DNA of 64,000 bases from Octopus vulgaris (Eukaryota): assembly GCA_951406725.2 (NCBI GenBank), contig OX597815.1, forward strand, positions 19,778,001 through 19,842,000. Direction: 5' to 3'. The translations under genes and the position numbers were made by a program. Position 1 is the stretch's first letter; each line of letters opens with the position of its first letter. Below, in pieces: positions 42,611 through 56,337 of the stretch. A model generated the notes under the pieces. That model saw only the letters and a program-made list of their open reading frames with translations, had not been told where the DNA came from and made no database searches.

Positions 42611-43560
42611 AAGGCGGCGAGATGGCAGAAACGTTAGCGCGCCGGACGAAATGCTTAGCGGAATTTCGTCTGTCTTCAGGTTCTGAGTTCAAATTCCGCT
42701 GAGGTTGATTCTGCCTTTCATTCTTTAGGTGTCGATAAATTAAGTATCAGTTACGCACTGGGGTCGATGTAATCGACTTAACCCGTTTGTCTGTCCTTGA
42801 TTGTCCCCTCTGTGTGTAGCCCCTTGTGGGTAGTAAAGAAATAGGTATTTCGTCTGCCGCTACGTTCTGAGTTCAAATTCCGCCAAGCTCGACTTTGCCT
42901 TTCATCCTTTCGGGGTCGATAAGTTAAGTACCAGTTACGCACTGGGTTCGATATAATCAACTTAACCCGTTTGTCTGTCCTTGTTTGTCCCCTCTGTGTG
43001 TAGCCCCTTGTAGGTAGTAAAGAAATAGGTATTTCAACTGTCTTTACGTTCTGAGTTCAAATTCCGCCGAGGTTGATTTGCCTTTCATCCTTTCGGGGTC
43101 GATAAGTTAAGTACCAGTTACGCACTGGGTTCGATATAATCAACTTAACCCGTTTGTCTGTCCTTGTTTGTCCCCTCTGTGTGTAGCCCCTTGTAGGTAG
43201 TAAAGAAATAGGTATTTCAACTGTCTTTACGTTCTGAGTTCAAATTCCGCCGAGGTTGATTTGCCTTTCATCCTTTAGGGGTCAATAAGTTAAGTACCAG
43301 TTACGCACTGGGGTCGATGTAATCTTCTTAATCAGTTTGTCTGTCCTTGTTTGTCCTCTCTGTGTTTAGCCCCTTGTGGGTAGTAAAGAAATAGGCATTT
43401 CGTCTGTCTTTACGTTCTGGGTTCAAATTCCGCCGAGGTTGACTTTGCCTTTCATCCTTTAGGGGTCGATAAATTAAGTACCTGTTGCATACTGGGGTCG
43501 ATGTAATCGACTTCTTCTCTGTCCCAAAATTTCGGACCTTGTGTCTGGAGTAGAAAGGAA
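42611..43560 (+). mobile_element. SINE family A head followed by a tandem array (5 B-box units, period 183-184 bp)
   Basis: GAGTTCAAATTCC at about 42685, 42869, 43053, 43236 and 43419 (last GGGTTC). Confidence 0.93.
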
Positions 43561-43575
43561 TATAAGTGAATTATA

Positions 43576-43795
43576 AGGCGGCGAACTGGCAGAAATGTTA
43601 GCACGCCGGGCGAAATGCTTAGCAGTATTTCGTCTGTCTTTACGTTCTGAATTGAAATTCCACCGAGGTTGACTTTGTCTTTCATCCTTTCGGAGTCGAT
43701 AGATTAAGTACCAGTTGCATACTGGGAGTCGATCTAATCGATTTCCCCCTTCCTCCCCAAAAATTTCGGGCCTTGCGCCCGGAGTAGAGAATATT
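43576..43795 (+). mobile_element. SINE family A monomer
   Basis: aaggcggcgaactggcagaaatgttagcacgccgggcg... Confidence 0.9.
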
Positions 43796-44183
43796 CTTTC
43801 GGTGTTGCTAGTTTGGTGCTGACCAGAACGTTGTCTCATGTCCCATCTTCTACAGCCAGCTTCATCTTCCCTCTTCTGCTTCTTCCTCTCCTTCCATCTC
43901 CGTTATAAAAATTCTCCCGCCACGCCACCACTCATCGCTTCCTCCAAACCCCATCCCACCCAGCCTGTCTTTTCTTGCTTTGCTTCAATTCTTCTCAGAT
44001 TTTATAGGTTTCATAATTCTTGACATACAGCCACTTTTCTCTTTCTGTCCACCTCTCTCACCCTCCATCTCCACTCTCTTTCTCTTCCCCTTCTCTCTTC
44101 CTCTTTCCCTTCTCTCTCTCCCCTTCTCCGCTCTCTGTCTTTTTTATCTCTTCACACACGTATATACATTATAATTATATTTG

Positions 44184-44261
<78 letters not shown>

Positions 44262-44477
44262 TATGTATATGTGTGTGTGTATGTGTGTTTATGTCTATGT
44301 GTATGTATGTACGCATGTATGTATGTATATAAAGATATATATATATATATAATCTCGTCCAATCTGGTTATGTGTATATAGATAGATAGATACATACATA
44401 CATACATATGCATATAATATATTCATACACAACTCACTCTATACTCTCTCTTTTTTCTCTATCTCTCTTCTTCACTC

Positions 44478-44514
<37 letters not shown>

Positions 44515-44630
44515 GTTTCTTTCACTGTTTCATACTATATCTGTCTAATTTTGTTTATTCTACACACCGTCATGTCAATTCAATGTCACTTTTTCATTTC
44601 TCATACTTCCTTTTACTTGATATGAATAAC

Positions 44631-44671
<41 letters not shown>

Positions 44672-45061
44672 TTAGTAATAATAGCAATAGCAACAACATC
44701 CATCCGTCGATGCTCTCGGTGTCGGGGGTTGACCTGCTTTCTCCTCTGCGGGTCTTACGAATAGCAAAGGACCACGTTTCGGACTTCGCTCAACATCAAC
44801 ATCATCATTAGCAACAACAGTGATAAAAACAACAGGATTTATAAAGACAACCATCAAATTGGTGTGACTTTCAACTGTGTACCATGGATGGAGTTGTGAC
44901 CGATGAAAGCGAATTGGAAACGGTGTGCAAGGAAGGTGTAAACGTGTGATATTGTGATGAAAGCAAAAAGATACGAAAGATTAGATGATGAAGTGTTTTA
45001 GAATGATGGCGAAAAGAAAAGTTTTCCTTATTTTCAATGAGCCAAAAAAAAAAAAAAAAAA

Positions 45062-45170
45062 AAGAACGAAAGAAATAAGGAAGGAAAGAAAGATGGAAAG
45101 AAAAGAAGGAAGGATGAGAACGAAAGAAATAAGGAAGGAAAGAAAGACGGAAAGAAAAGAAGGAAGGAAG
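45062..45170. repeat. 54-bp purine-rich tandem duplication
   Basis: agaacgaaagaaataaggaaggaaagaaaga(t/c)ggaaagaaaagaaggaagga occurs twice. Confidence 0.85.
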
Positions 45171-45681
45171 CAGTGAAGGAAGAGAAGTTCAGTTCAGATA
45201 TTAATACGTTCCATCGTTAATTGCATATATTGCACAGCTTCAATATAGGACATAGACCAAAAGAGGGGGAAAAGTAAAAGAGGAAGTAATGGGGGAGAGA
45301 CAACAACAGCAACAAAAGCAAAAGAAAAAAAACACCCCCTTCACTGAATGAATAAGTTCTTTGCTCCTTTGGCGTTGTTATAGGTGATTTATTTCAGTAT
45401 TACAATAGAGAAGGTCCGGGTCATCAATCGAATAATCATGCCCTACATAACCAGAGCAAAAACAAAATTCAATATTAAAGACAAATACTATAGAAAACAA
45501 GAAGAGAGAAACCAACAACTCTTTCCTATAGATAAAATAGCTGATAAGAAAAATAAAGTGTTTAATATCCAGATATATCTCAAATACAGAGCGAACATTA
45601 TATATAAAAATAGACTCTTCATAAATGGAATAGACAAGAGGCAAGACTTCCTAATACAACTAATTTATAAATCTGCACGAA

Positions 45682-46320
<639 letters not shown>

Positions 46321-47733
46321 GATCAATAGAAACTTACATGCAAAGATATTGAGTAGATAAAGAGTTAAATATATAGATATATATATATGAGATCGATTGA
46401 CTGTCTGATTGATTCATTGATTGATAGTAAAAAAATTCACACATACACAGATTTTTTAAACACACACACACACACACACATATATATATGTATATGTATA
46501 TTCATAGACACATATATGCACCTAAATATACAGGCGTGTATATGTGTATGCATGTGTGCGTGTGTATGTCTGTCTGTGTCTGTGTTCGTGTATATGTGTA
46601 TGTATGCATACATGTAAGTATGTATGTATACTTCTTTAAATTAACCACATAGTGTGATGACAAGTGTACATAAATATTAAATACTGCTTTTTCCTACTGA
46701 TGACAGTTAAGTCCGAGTAAACTTAAATAGAGAAATAGTTTTGGCAAAAACATAGTATATATGTATGTATACACACGCACACACAACTATATATAATACA
46801 GACGTTTGTATGTTTGTGTATGTGTGTGTGTAATGTACCTGTGTTTGGTAATATGTTTCTTGGCGTACATGTTTTAGATATATCTGGGTATCTAAATATA
46901 GTGTAGAGGAATCGATGAATATATAAAGAAAAGATATTTCTCTGCTTTTCCGTGTAAAAAAACTACTCCAAATTTTGTAAAGCGAACTGGCCTTCTACTG
47001 CGAAATAAAAGAGACTCGAGGGAAACCAATAGCGAGAGGGCCTGTAGTCAGTAAAAAAATTCAACCCTCATCTTTTCTGCAGTGTTGCGTACACCTTTCG
47101 GGTTACTTGATGTTTTATCAGTGATCATACGCCGTAACCAGTCTGATCGTTCAATTATGTATAAGTTGTCGTCATCGGTTTGACGGAAAACGAATGACAG
47201 ATACGTGTATGACCAAACGAGAGATCCTTGACGTGATTACTGAACCTGCCGGAGAAAAACAATCAAAGCTGCCTCAAATCCCATCCTAGCATGTATTTTT
47301 TTTTTTTTACTTGTTTTTATTGAAAGACATACATCCTGCTTAATGAAGTAATAGATACCTTCCATTTGAATTAAAAGTTTGATTGGTGACGATTGGGATG
47401 CCTTTTTACTAATATCTCCCTCATCAGAGCTAAGCTGGTGGTAAATAGCAATAACAACGTTTCGAGAAACCCTAAGTTGACCTCGATAAGATTAGAATTC
47501 AGAGTTTAAGGAATTAAAAATAAACACAGCATGGCATTTTGTTCTCGCGCTCTCCTATTTCAACCATCCATTACTTTTGTGCACTAGTTGATGGAACAGT
47601 ATGCCGACCATTAAAGCCACTACGGTGGAATAAAAGGCAAATCTAACCACGGCATAATTTGAAAACAGTCGTAATTGGTTGCAATTAAATACTACAAGGA
47701 ATTTAAACCAACATTCTATTAATGAATGGTATA

Positions 47734-48080
47734 AAAAAAAAAGTAAAGACCCCCTTCGGTCATGAATGACCATGGGATTGCACCTAGAAAGTTACCCTCC
47801 TAGACACAAGTCCGGGCAAGGTTGTTTATGGAAGACCAGCAGTCGCCCATGCATACCAGCCTCCCCTCTCCACGCCACCGATGTTATCCAAGGGAAAGAC
47901 AAAGGTCGATACAGCTTGACACCAGTGACGTCGCAACTCATTTCTACAGCTGAGTGAACTGGAGCAACGTGAAATAAAGTGCTTTACTCAAGAACACAAC
48001 ACGCAGCCCGGTCCGGAATTCGAGCTCACAACCTCATGATCGTAAGCTCGACGCTCTAACCACTGAGCCATGCGCCTTCC
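47734..48080 (-). mobile_element. tRNA-derived SINE family D, full length with 12-bp TSD
   Basis: Minus head ggaaggcgcatggctcagtggttagagc...gagctcgaattcc, CORE-like cactcagctgtagaaatgagt; TSD atgaatggtata at 47722-47733 and 48081-48092. Confidence 0.92.
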
Positions 48081-48154
48081 ATGAATGGTATAATATTATT
48101 TAATAGTATATTATCAGATGGCCAGTCTCCCCTAGTTCTGGAGGAGGCAGTAAG

Positions 48155-48318
48155 GGCGATTACATCAACCTTAATACTCAACTGGTACTTATTTTATCGA
48201 CAGCGAGAAGATAGAAGGCAAAGCCGACCTCGGTGAAATTTAAACTCAGAACGTAAAGACGGACGAAATGCCGCTAAGTATTTTTCCCGGCGCACTAACA
48301 ATTCTGCCAACTATCCAC
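48155..48318 (-). mobile_element. SINE family A
   Basis: ctggtacttattttatcgac...aactcagaacgtaaagacggacgaaatgccgctaag. Confidence 0.85.
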
Positions 48319-48528
48319 TATATTAAATATTATGGTTTTAACAATCTATATTATATAACAATATATAATATAATTCTATTCAATATTAAACAACCGTGTT
48401 TAATAATATTTAATATTATATTAAATAATTTATGATATAATTTTATTTAATAGTATATTATGTAACAGAGTATAATATATCATCTAACATTATAGTGTGT
48501 AACAATCTATATACCATAATTATTATCA

Positions 48529-48568
<40 letters not shown>

Positions 48569-48667
48569 CATTATTATTATTATTATTATATTGCGTTAGG
48601 TTGCCTTAATTTGATTGAATTGTATTGTTTTTGTTTATATCGAATTATATAAACTAAAAAATACATT

Positions 48668-48870
48668 AAGTTGGCAGAAACATTAGCACATTAGACGAAA
48701 TGTTTGGAAGCATTTATTCCGACTCTTTTCGTTCTGAGTTCAAATCCTGCTGAACTCAATTTCACCTCTCATCCTTTAGTGGTCGATAAAACAAAGTATC
48801 AGTCAATACTAGCACCGATATAACCGTTACCCTCCCCCTCTCAAAATCACTGGCCTTGTGCCAATATTAT
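48668..48870 (+). mobile_element. degenerate SINE family A
   Basis: ttggcagaaacattagcac...gagttcaaatcc...ggtcgataaa. Confidence 0.75.
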
Positions 48871-49334
48871 AAAGAGAAAGACGAATTTTATTGAATAAGA
48901 GGCAGCGAGTTGGAAAGAGAAACTACCCTCTCCTAAATTTGCTGGCCTTGTGCCATAATCCAAAGTGGGATTAAATTTTAGGGGCATTTGGTTGTTATTT
49001 CTCGTAGACTGAATAACAACCTCGTAGCTTCCTTATTGGTTCGTTATCAGTAGAGTGTTTGGCGTGATTGTTTGTATGAGCATATTAATATCAATACATC
49101 AAAGATGTTGACATTTTGTATGGCAGACAAAGAAGCTTTTGATAAGACGATGATAAACAATAAAAACCATAATTCAATTTATTTAAAGGATTTATTTTTC
49201 TTTAAAAAAACATCATTGGAAGTGGATTTGGAGAAACATGGGAGAACTTTCTTTGTAGTCGAACTGAAATGATCAAACATAAATTCATATAAAACTTGGC
49301 AAAAATCTGACACTAGATGTAAACAGAGTTGATA

Positions 49335-49460
49335 TTGGTTTCAAATTTTGGCACAAGGCCAGCAATCTTGTGGGAGTGGGTAAGTCCATTACATCGACCC
49401 CAGTGCTCGACTAGAACTTTTTTTTATTGACCCTGAAAGGATGAAAGGCGAAGTCGATCT
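49335..49460 (-). mobile_element. SINE family A 3' fragment
   Basis: ggcacaaggcc...acatcgaccccagtg...gaaaggatgaaaggcgaagtcga. Confidence 0.8.
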
Positions 49461-50434
49461 CTTGAAAAAGAGATTTAATGTTAGCTTTAATATACTACAG
49501 ACCGTATGAAGTACTTTTTCTTTTCCTCTTTGCAAATCCAATTGTACTTCTTCTTTATGATGTCTATGTAATGTTTATGTGTGCGTGAGTGTGTGTGCGC
49601 GCGCGAGCCTCTACATATACATTTTGTGTCTTATACAAACTAGTCAATAGACTATATATTATTCATCTAAAAATACAGTGTACATTTAAACACATAAGAG
49701 ATAGCCATAACAGGACATCTGACTCGCTAGAAAGAGTAGTTACACTACAGGCCACTAACAGTTGTAATTTTGAAAGGAAATGAAAAATAAAAGCATTTAC
49801 CCTATTTTTTTCCTGAACTATGCATAGTTTCAAGCAATCTTTTGTAAATAAAATAATTTACAATTGGCGAAGCTCTCTTCAGCAGGAAGCCAAAGCTAAC
49901 ATATAAATACGAGGCGATACATTTTGTGTCTTATAAAGTTTGAATACCCAACCCTTCTGCAGTTTTCTCAGCTAAACTAGTCATATTTCGTTGAAGATTT
50001 CTCTAAAAAATATACCTTACATTGAGACATGGTATAACACATAAGGTATGTAAGTATATGCATGTATATATGTTTGTGTATGTGTGTGTGTATGTGTGTG
50101 TGTGTATGTGCCATTATTCAGTTTTATTTCAAGATTTCTTGCCACTAGAGAAAAGGTCGATTTCTAACCTAGACCAACGGTCCCTTCATTGAAACCCCAA
50201 CATCAGCAGGATATTTTTGCTTGTATGTATGTAAGTATGTATGTATGTCTGTATGTATGTATGTGTGCAGTATTTGGAGTCAGTGCATGTGCCGAATTAT
50301 GTTTTGTTTTATGTATATATTTTCATGTATATAGTCGCATGTGTAGACATGCGCATATATACTTAAATGATGTATGTATCCATGTGTATTAGATGGATAA
50401 GCAGATGGACCGATAGACAGACAGACAGACTGCC

Positions 50435-50540
<106 letters not shown>

Positions 50541-51269
50541 GTAACGAGAGAGTTTAAATTTGTTTTACAAGAACTTGGATGTAAAACTGTGTGTTGAAAC
50601 CGATTCTGTTGTACTTTTGGTGGGTCATTTCGCCAATAAACGAGAAGGTGATTGAATACGTAACGTTAGTTATAGAAGCATGCATGGGTGACGAAATATT
50701 TATGGCATACAAATCAATAATAAATGAATTGATTAATTGATTGGCGAATAATAAAACTGGGTGGACTATTTTGCCAATAATGTATATATACATACACACA
50801 CACATACACAGTTCACAACAATAATGAAAGAATATTTTTGCAAGGGTGGTGTTATAAAGTAAGTTGCATACGCCAAAATAAAAGTGAAAGGAATCAGATT
50901 CGAGGCAATAATATAATGATTTATTAGTACAGTTCAAACGAAAAAGAAGTTAAAAGTAAAATCAAGGTATATTTTTAAAAAATGCATCATATATGCTATA
51001 TCTGCCCCTGACGCATTCGTGCTTCTGGTAGCCAGACGTTCATAAAATACAAGGTGGGTGGGGCTCACGTTTTCAACAAAGGTACTGTAAAGAGAGGTAT
51101 ATGAGGAGCTCGCTTTTTTTAATACACCTTTGTGTAGAAACTGATGAGATACGGTTGTTGCCGAAACATGATGAACACAAGTAAATACGTTCGTTTTGCT
51201 TTGTAAAAGATTTGATAAGGACGTTTGAATCGCCGAAAATAACATTAAAAGTAGAATTTAATATTAATT

Positions 51270-51485
51270 TCGACTTTCGGCACAAGGCCAGCACATTTTT
51301 GGTGGGAAGGGAACTAAGTCGATTACATCGACCCCAGTACTCAACTGGAACTTCAGTTGTCGACCCCTGAAACGATGAAAAGCAAAGTCAGCCTCGGTGG
51401 AAATAGAGCTCAGAACGTAAAGATGGACGAAATGCCGCTAAGCCTTTGGGCCAGCGTGCTAACAATTCTACAAGTCCGCTGCCTT
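51270..51485 (-). mobile_element. SINE family A monomer
   Basis: Same motifs as the other copies. Confidence 0.85.
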
Positions 51486-52385
51486 GAGTTACAATTTAAT
51501 ATAGGTAAGATAAATGAGGTGTTATATTCATAGATTTGATAATTATATTGCTATTATAAGATATCATCTAGACAGAGAGACATATTAGCTTTTTGGAGAA
51601 GATAATCATGCACGAAAACCTGAAGTCACTGTCAACCTTTCATATGTAATAATAAAGAATTCTATGCTCTACAGAAATATATTGAGTACTCTATTAGTTG
51701 ATGTTTTGGAGCAGACAGTTGTTCAAGTTACCGTGCTTCGGGTTTGAAGTCGAAACCTTGTCATTACGAAACAAACTTATCTCACCAAGCAGCAATATTT
51801 TTACAAATAATTAGTAGTCTACATCCCCTTTACCGTGTCGTTGATTGCGACAGATGCACGTGACTTTGTATTTATGTTGCACGAAATGGCACCGCATCAT
51901 CAATTTGTCTGAATGATTTGATAGTTCAATGAAATATGATTAAAGACCAAATTTATTGATTTATTGATTGATTGATACCTGCCTCTGAAATATATTTTTT
52001 AAATATTTCAAAAATAAATTAGTAAAAGAAATTCAATCTAACACCTTTTTTTTTTTTAATTCTTTAAATGGTGTGTAGATGGCAGTGTGGTTAACAAGTT
52101 CATTTAGCAATCACGTGACGTTTTTTATACAACCTCATCGCACAGAATCTTTAGCAAGAGTTTTTTACCTCAGTCTCTGGTCCACTATTGCGAGTAAAAA
52201 GTTGTCGACAGAATGGACTCCCATTGGAGGATCCGTTCCCTATTCTAGGATGGACGGATCACTCTGCCCTTATTAAACTTACCGGAGTCTATCATAAGAA
52301 TTTGGACAAGGTTTGTGGAGCGAGCTAACTTTTTATGCTATTCTCCTGCCATCGAGAACGAGTCATGTATTCAGCCTTACTAATC

Positions 52386-52454
<69 letters not shown>

Positions 52455-52459
52455 CAACA

Positions 52460-52515
<56 letters not shown>

Positions 52516-52841
52516 CCTTTCTTTTAAAGGCACAAGGCCTGAAATTTGGTGGAGAGGACTAGTCGATTACATCGACCCGAGTGTTTCACTGTTACTTAAT
52601 TTAGCGACCCCGGAAGGGTGAAAGGCAAAGTTGACCTTGGCGGAATTTGAACTCAAAACGTAAAGACGGACGAAATGCCGTGAAACATTTTACCCAGTGT
52701 AACTTGTACTTAATTTATTGACCCCGAAAGGATGAAAGGCAAAGTCGACATCGGCGGAATTTGAACACAGAACGTAGCGGCAGACGAAATACCGCTAAGC
52801 ATTTCGCCCGGCATGCTAACGATTCTGCCAGCTTGCCGCTT
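52516..52841 (-). mobile_element. SINE family A partial dimer between (AAT)n and (AAT)/(GAT)n runs
   Basis: Two B-box segments (about 52640 and 52755) and one head at about 52840. Confidence 0.88.
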
Positions 52842-52870
52842 CAATAATAATAATGATAATAATAATAATA

Positions 52871-52941
<71 letters not shown>

Positions 52942-53312
52942 GGTAGTGGTGGTGATGATGATTTATGGTTAGTCAAGTGATTAGAACTTCTGCTTTCTCT
53001 CCCTCGACACGGTGTTTGAGTTTCGATTCCACGCTTTAGTTAAAGAGTTTTCGAAGCCTCCTTTCGATAAAGCAAGAGAATATTTTGAAACTTTTGATAT
53101 TCCACTCTTTCAGTAATAATTTCCAAAAATTCTATTTTTTTTTTTTTTTTTTTTTAATGTTCGTCATTCAGTATTTTTATGAGGATGCTTCAGCATGGCC
53201 GCTACCCACCTGTTAGTGCAAGTAGAAGACCATTTAAGTTCCAAACTTTTATGACACTCGTAAACTGATACTTTTCTAGAATACACTCTTTTTAAGACTA
53301 TGAGAGCAAATT

Positions 53313-53533
53313 TTCTTCTTCTTCTTCTTCTTCTTTTCCTTCTTCTTCTCCTTCTTCTCCTTCTTCTCCTTCTCCTTCTTCTCCTTCTCCTTCTTCTTCT
53401 TCTTCTTATCCTTCTTCTCTTTCTTCTCCTTCTCCTTCTCTTTCTCCTTCTTCTTCTTCTTCTTCTTCTTCTTCTTCTTCTTCTTCTTCTTCTTCTTCTT
53501 CTCCTTCTCTTTCTTCTCCTTCTCCTTCTCTTT

Positions 53534-53564
<31 letters not shown>

Positions 53565-53700
53565 TCCTTCTTCTCTTTCTTCTCCTTCTCCTTCTTCTCC
53601 TTCTTCTTCTTCTTCTTCTTCTTCTTCTTCTTCTTCTTCTTCTTCTTCTTCTTCCTCCCCTTCTTCCTCCTTTTTCTTCATTTTCTCTCCTTTTCTTTAT
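53313..53700. repeat. (CTT)n/(CCT)n polypyrimidine tract
   Basis: Directly visible; source of the poly-Leu ORF. Confidence 0.97.
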
Positions 53701-53823
53701 TTCGTTACTTCTATTTCTTCTTCGTCTTCTACTTCCTCCGCTTCTTTTTTTCTTGTCCCTCCTCTACTTTGTTTTTGCTTCATCATCATTATAATCATCA
53801 TCCTATTTGCACAACTACAACTG

Positions 53824-53868
<45 letters not shown>

Positions 53869-54221
53869 TTTCACCTACATAGTCAAATTCCACTACACAC
53901 TGCGTCGTCATAATCATAATCGTCATCATCATGACAGTACTACTACTACTACTGCTTCTTCCTCTCCCCCTCCTCCTCCTCCTCCTCCTACTACTACTAC
54001 TACTACGACTACTACATTTCCACAGTCTCCATATCTTTTACTTTGATCAATCGATCTCCGCCCCACACTGCAGCCATTTTTCTACTGTGACGTTCACTCA
54101 TATTTCATACAACAGACATTTCACTAAACTTTTCCTTTCATATTTAAGACAGTAAAATAAAATACATCGAATCAATCATCAAACAATATCTAAGCGGGAC
54201 ATGTGTTCCATATCTTCACAG

Positions 54222-54338
54222 ACACTAAACAGTCGTGTTTCTTCTCTGATGTTGATCCCATAAAACTGGGCTTGCTTGACATGGGTTCACTCGATCAAAG
54301 AGGACCTGACAGTTACACGACAACCACTAAGCTTCGTG
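54222..54338 (+). CDS. candidate internal coding exon ([40 protein letters not shown], phase 1-1, 117 nt)
   Basis: Acceptor ccatatcttcacag| and donor g|gtaaag; length is a multiple of 3; open in only one frame; complex unique sequence between microsatellites. Confidence 0.5.
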
Positions 54339-54347
54339 GTAAAGATT

Positions 54348-54626
<279 letters not shown>

Positions 54627-54899
54627 AGATTTTCGTTCCACACGTTGATGTTTAGTTTAGGTGCCTTGGGTATTCATAGACCCATCCTTGATCCTCCCAT
54701 TATTGATCCAGCTGACCAGCTGAACATCAAGGATGTGATGGACAGAGGGATGGATGGCTGTGTCCTGACTCGATTTGTACTCATTTTGAGCTGTGTAAAC
54801 TAAAGCAATATGGCATGAAGTGCCTTGCTCAAGATCACTACGATACACTCTGTTCCAGATATCGATCCTATAATCTTATGATCCTATTCCCAACACTCT

Positions 54900-55310
54900 A
54901 CCACTCTGAAATTACACATATTCCATTGGGTCATGCTTATCAGCAACACACATTTTAACAAATATAGCAGGGGTGGGATAGCCCCTTTCTCTCCCCTTTC
55001 ATCTTTTTTAAGTGAAGCTTACAAAAGTTGACGAAGCTAGGCCGAAAAAGAAACTTCATTATTACTCTTCTCAGTCGTTGGTTCTTCTTTATCAAAGGGA
55101 TTTTTAGCAAGAATGGGCAGAGCGATCTTCATGATGACTCGACATAGCCACAGCCGAGACTGCTTGACAAATCAGTAAAGCTTAGACATAGAACGAGTTC
55201 AGGAAGAGCAGATTCGTTGCTCTCCACACACCTCAGGCAGACTCGATACGTAGCCTTTGGCATACCTGGAGAGTATATTTCGAATCAGCCTTGACGGCTG
55301 TTAGCACTGC
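54900..55310 (-). mobile_element. decayed L1/Tx1-like LINE ORF2 C-terminal remnant
   Basis: Minus translation VCLRCVESNESALPELVLC (decayed CCHC zinc knuckle), then IMKIALP...; stops and frameshifts present. Confidence 0.55.
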
Positions 55311-55777
55311 CAGACAGAACTAATAAAAATGATAATGACGAAGACGATGACGATGACGATGATGCTGATGCTGATGATGATGATTATGATGATGATGAAG
55401 AAGAAGAAGAGGAGGAAGGAGGGGAAGAGGATGAGAAGGAGGATTTATAACATAAATGAGATAGATACACAGTGAAATATACTTATTCCCAGCACTTCAC
55501 TATAGTACTTAATCGAGTCAACGTGAAAATCTTTATGTGTCAGCTAGAAATAGGAACTGATTTGCCCTCGAATTATGCTTCCACCGTCTTGGAGAACGTG
55601 TGATACATTCGACAATGGGGGTTTTAGATAAAGAAAAACGGCAGAGTCTCTGATGGAATGAGTTTGATCATCGGTCTGCTCCATCATGGTTAAACTGGTG
55701 CTAAAAACAACGGCAAGTACTTATTTTATCGATCTCAGAAGGAAGTAAATTCGGCCAACAGCTAATGTAACATGCAT

Positions 55778-55822
55778 CACTACTACTACTTCTACTACTA
55801 CTATTACTACTACTACTACTAC

Positions 55823-55881
<59 letters not shown>

Positions 55882-56284
55882 GTAATAATAATAATAATAA
55901 CAATAACAATAATTTCTACTATATGCACAAGGCCTGAAATTTGGGGAGTGAGGAGCCAGTCGATTACATCGATCACCACCTTGCTACTACTACTACAACT
56001 ACTACTACTACTAATAATAATAATAATAATAATAATAATAGTAATAATAATAATAATAGTAATAATAATAATAATAATGATACCACTACTACAATTCTCA
56101 CGACTACAATTCCTATTATCTCAGGCAGCATCACTACTAATACTACTAATACTACTATTACTACCACCACCATTTCTACAGCTAAGTGTACCACTTCGCC
56201 ACCAAAACCCCCGCTACTACTACCACAACAAAAGTTGTGACTTGTGCTGCTGCTGCTACAACAACTACTACTACTACTACCACC

Positions 56285-56327
<43 letters not shown>

Positions 56328-56337
56328 TTACTACTAG
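55778..56337. repeat. compound (ACT)/(AAT)/(ACC) trinucleotide repeats with a SINE A fragment
   Basis: Directly visible. Confidence 0.93.

Noticed and set aside
42611-43560. Regular array resembling CRISPR
   Set aside because: The units are whole SINE segments with no unique spacers; eukaryotic context with no cas genes
50110-50200. Further possible pLTR/hammerhead-like remnant on the minus strand
   Set aside because: Core and stems are too degenerate to fit the model from this copy alone
52080-52094. miR-34-like start TGGCAGTGTGGTTA
   Set aside because: It is the A box of a degenerate family B SINE, with no hairpin
54270-54330. Faint resemblance of [17 protein letters not shown] to the HNF4 N-terminus
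   Set aside because: Too few identities, and no zinc-finger exon is visible in the window; no gene symbol assigned
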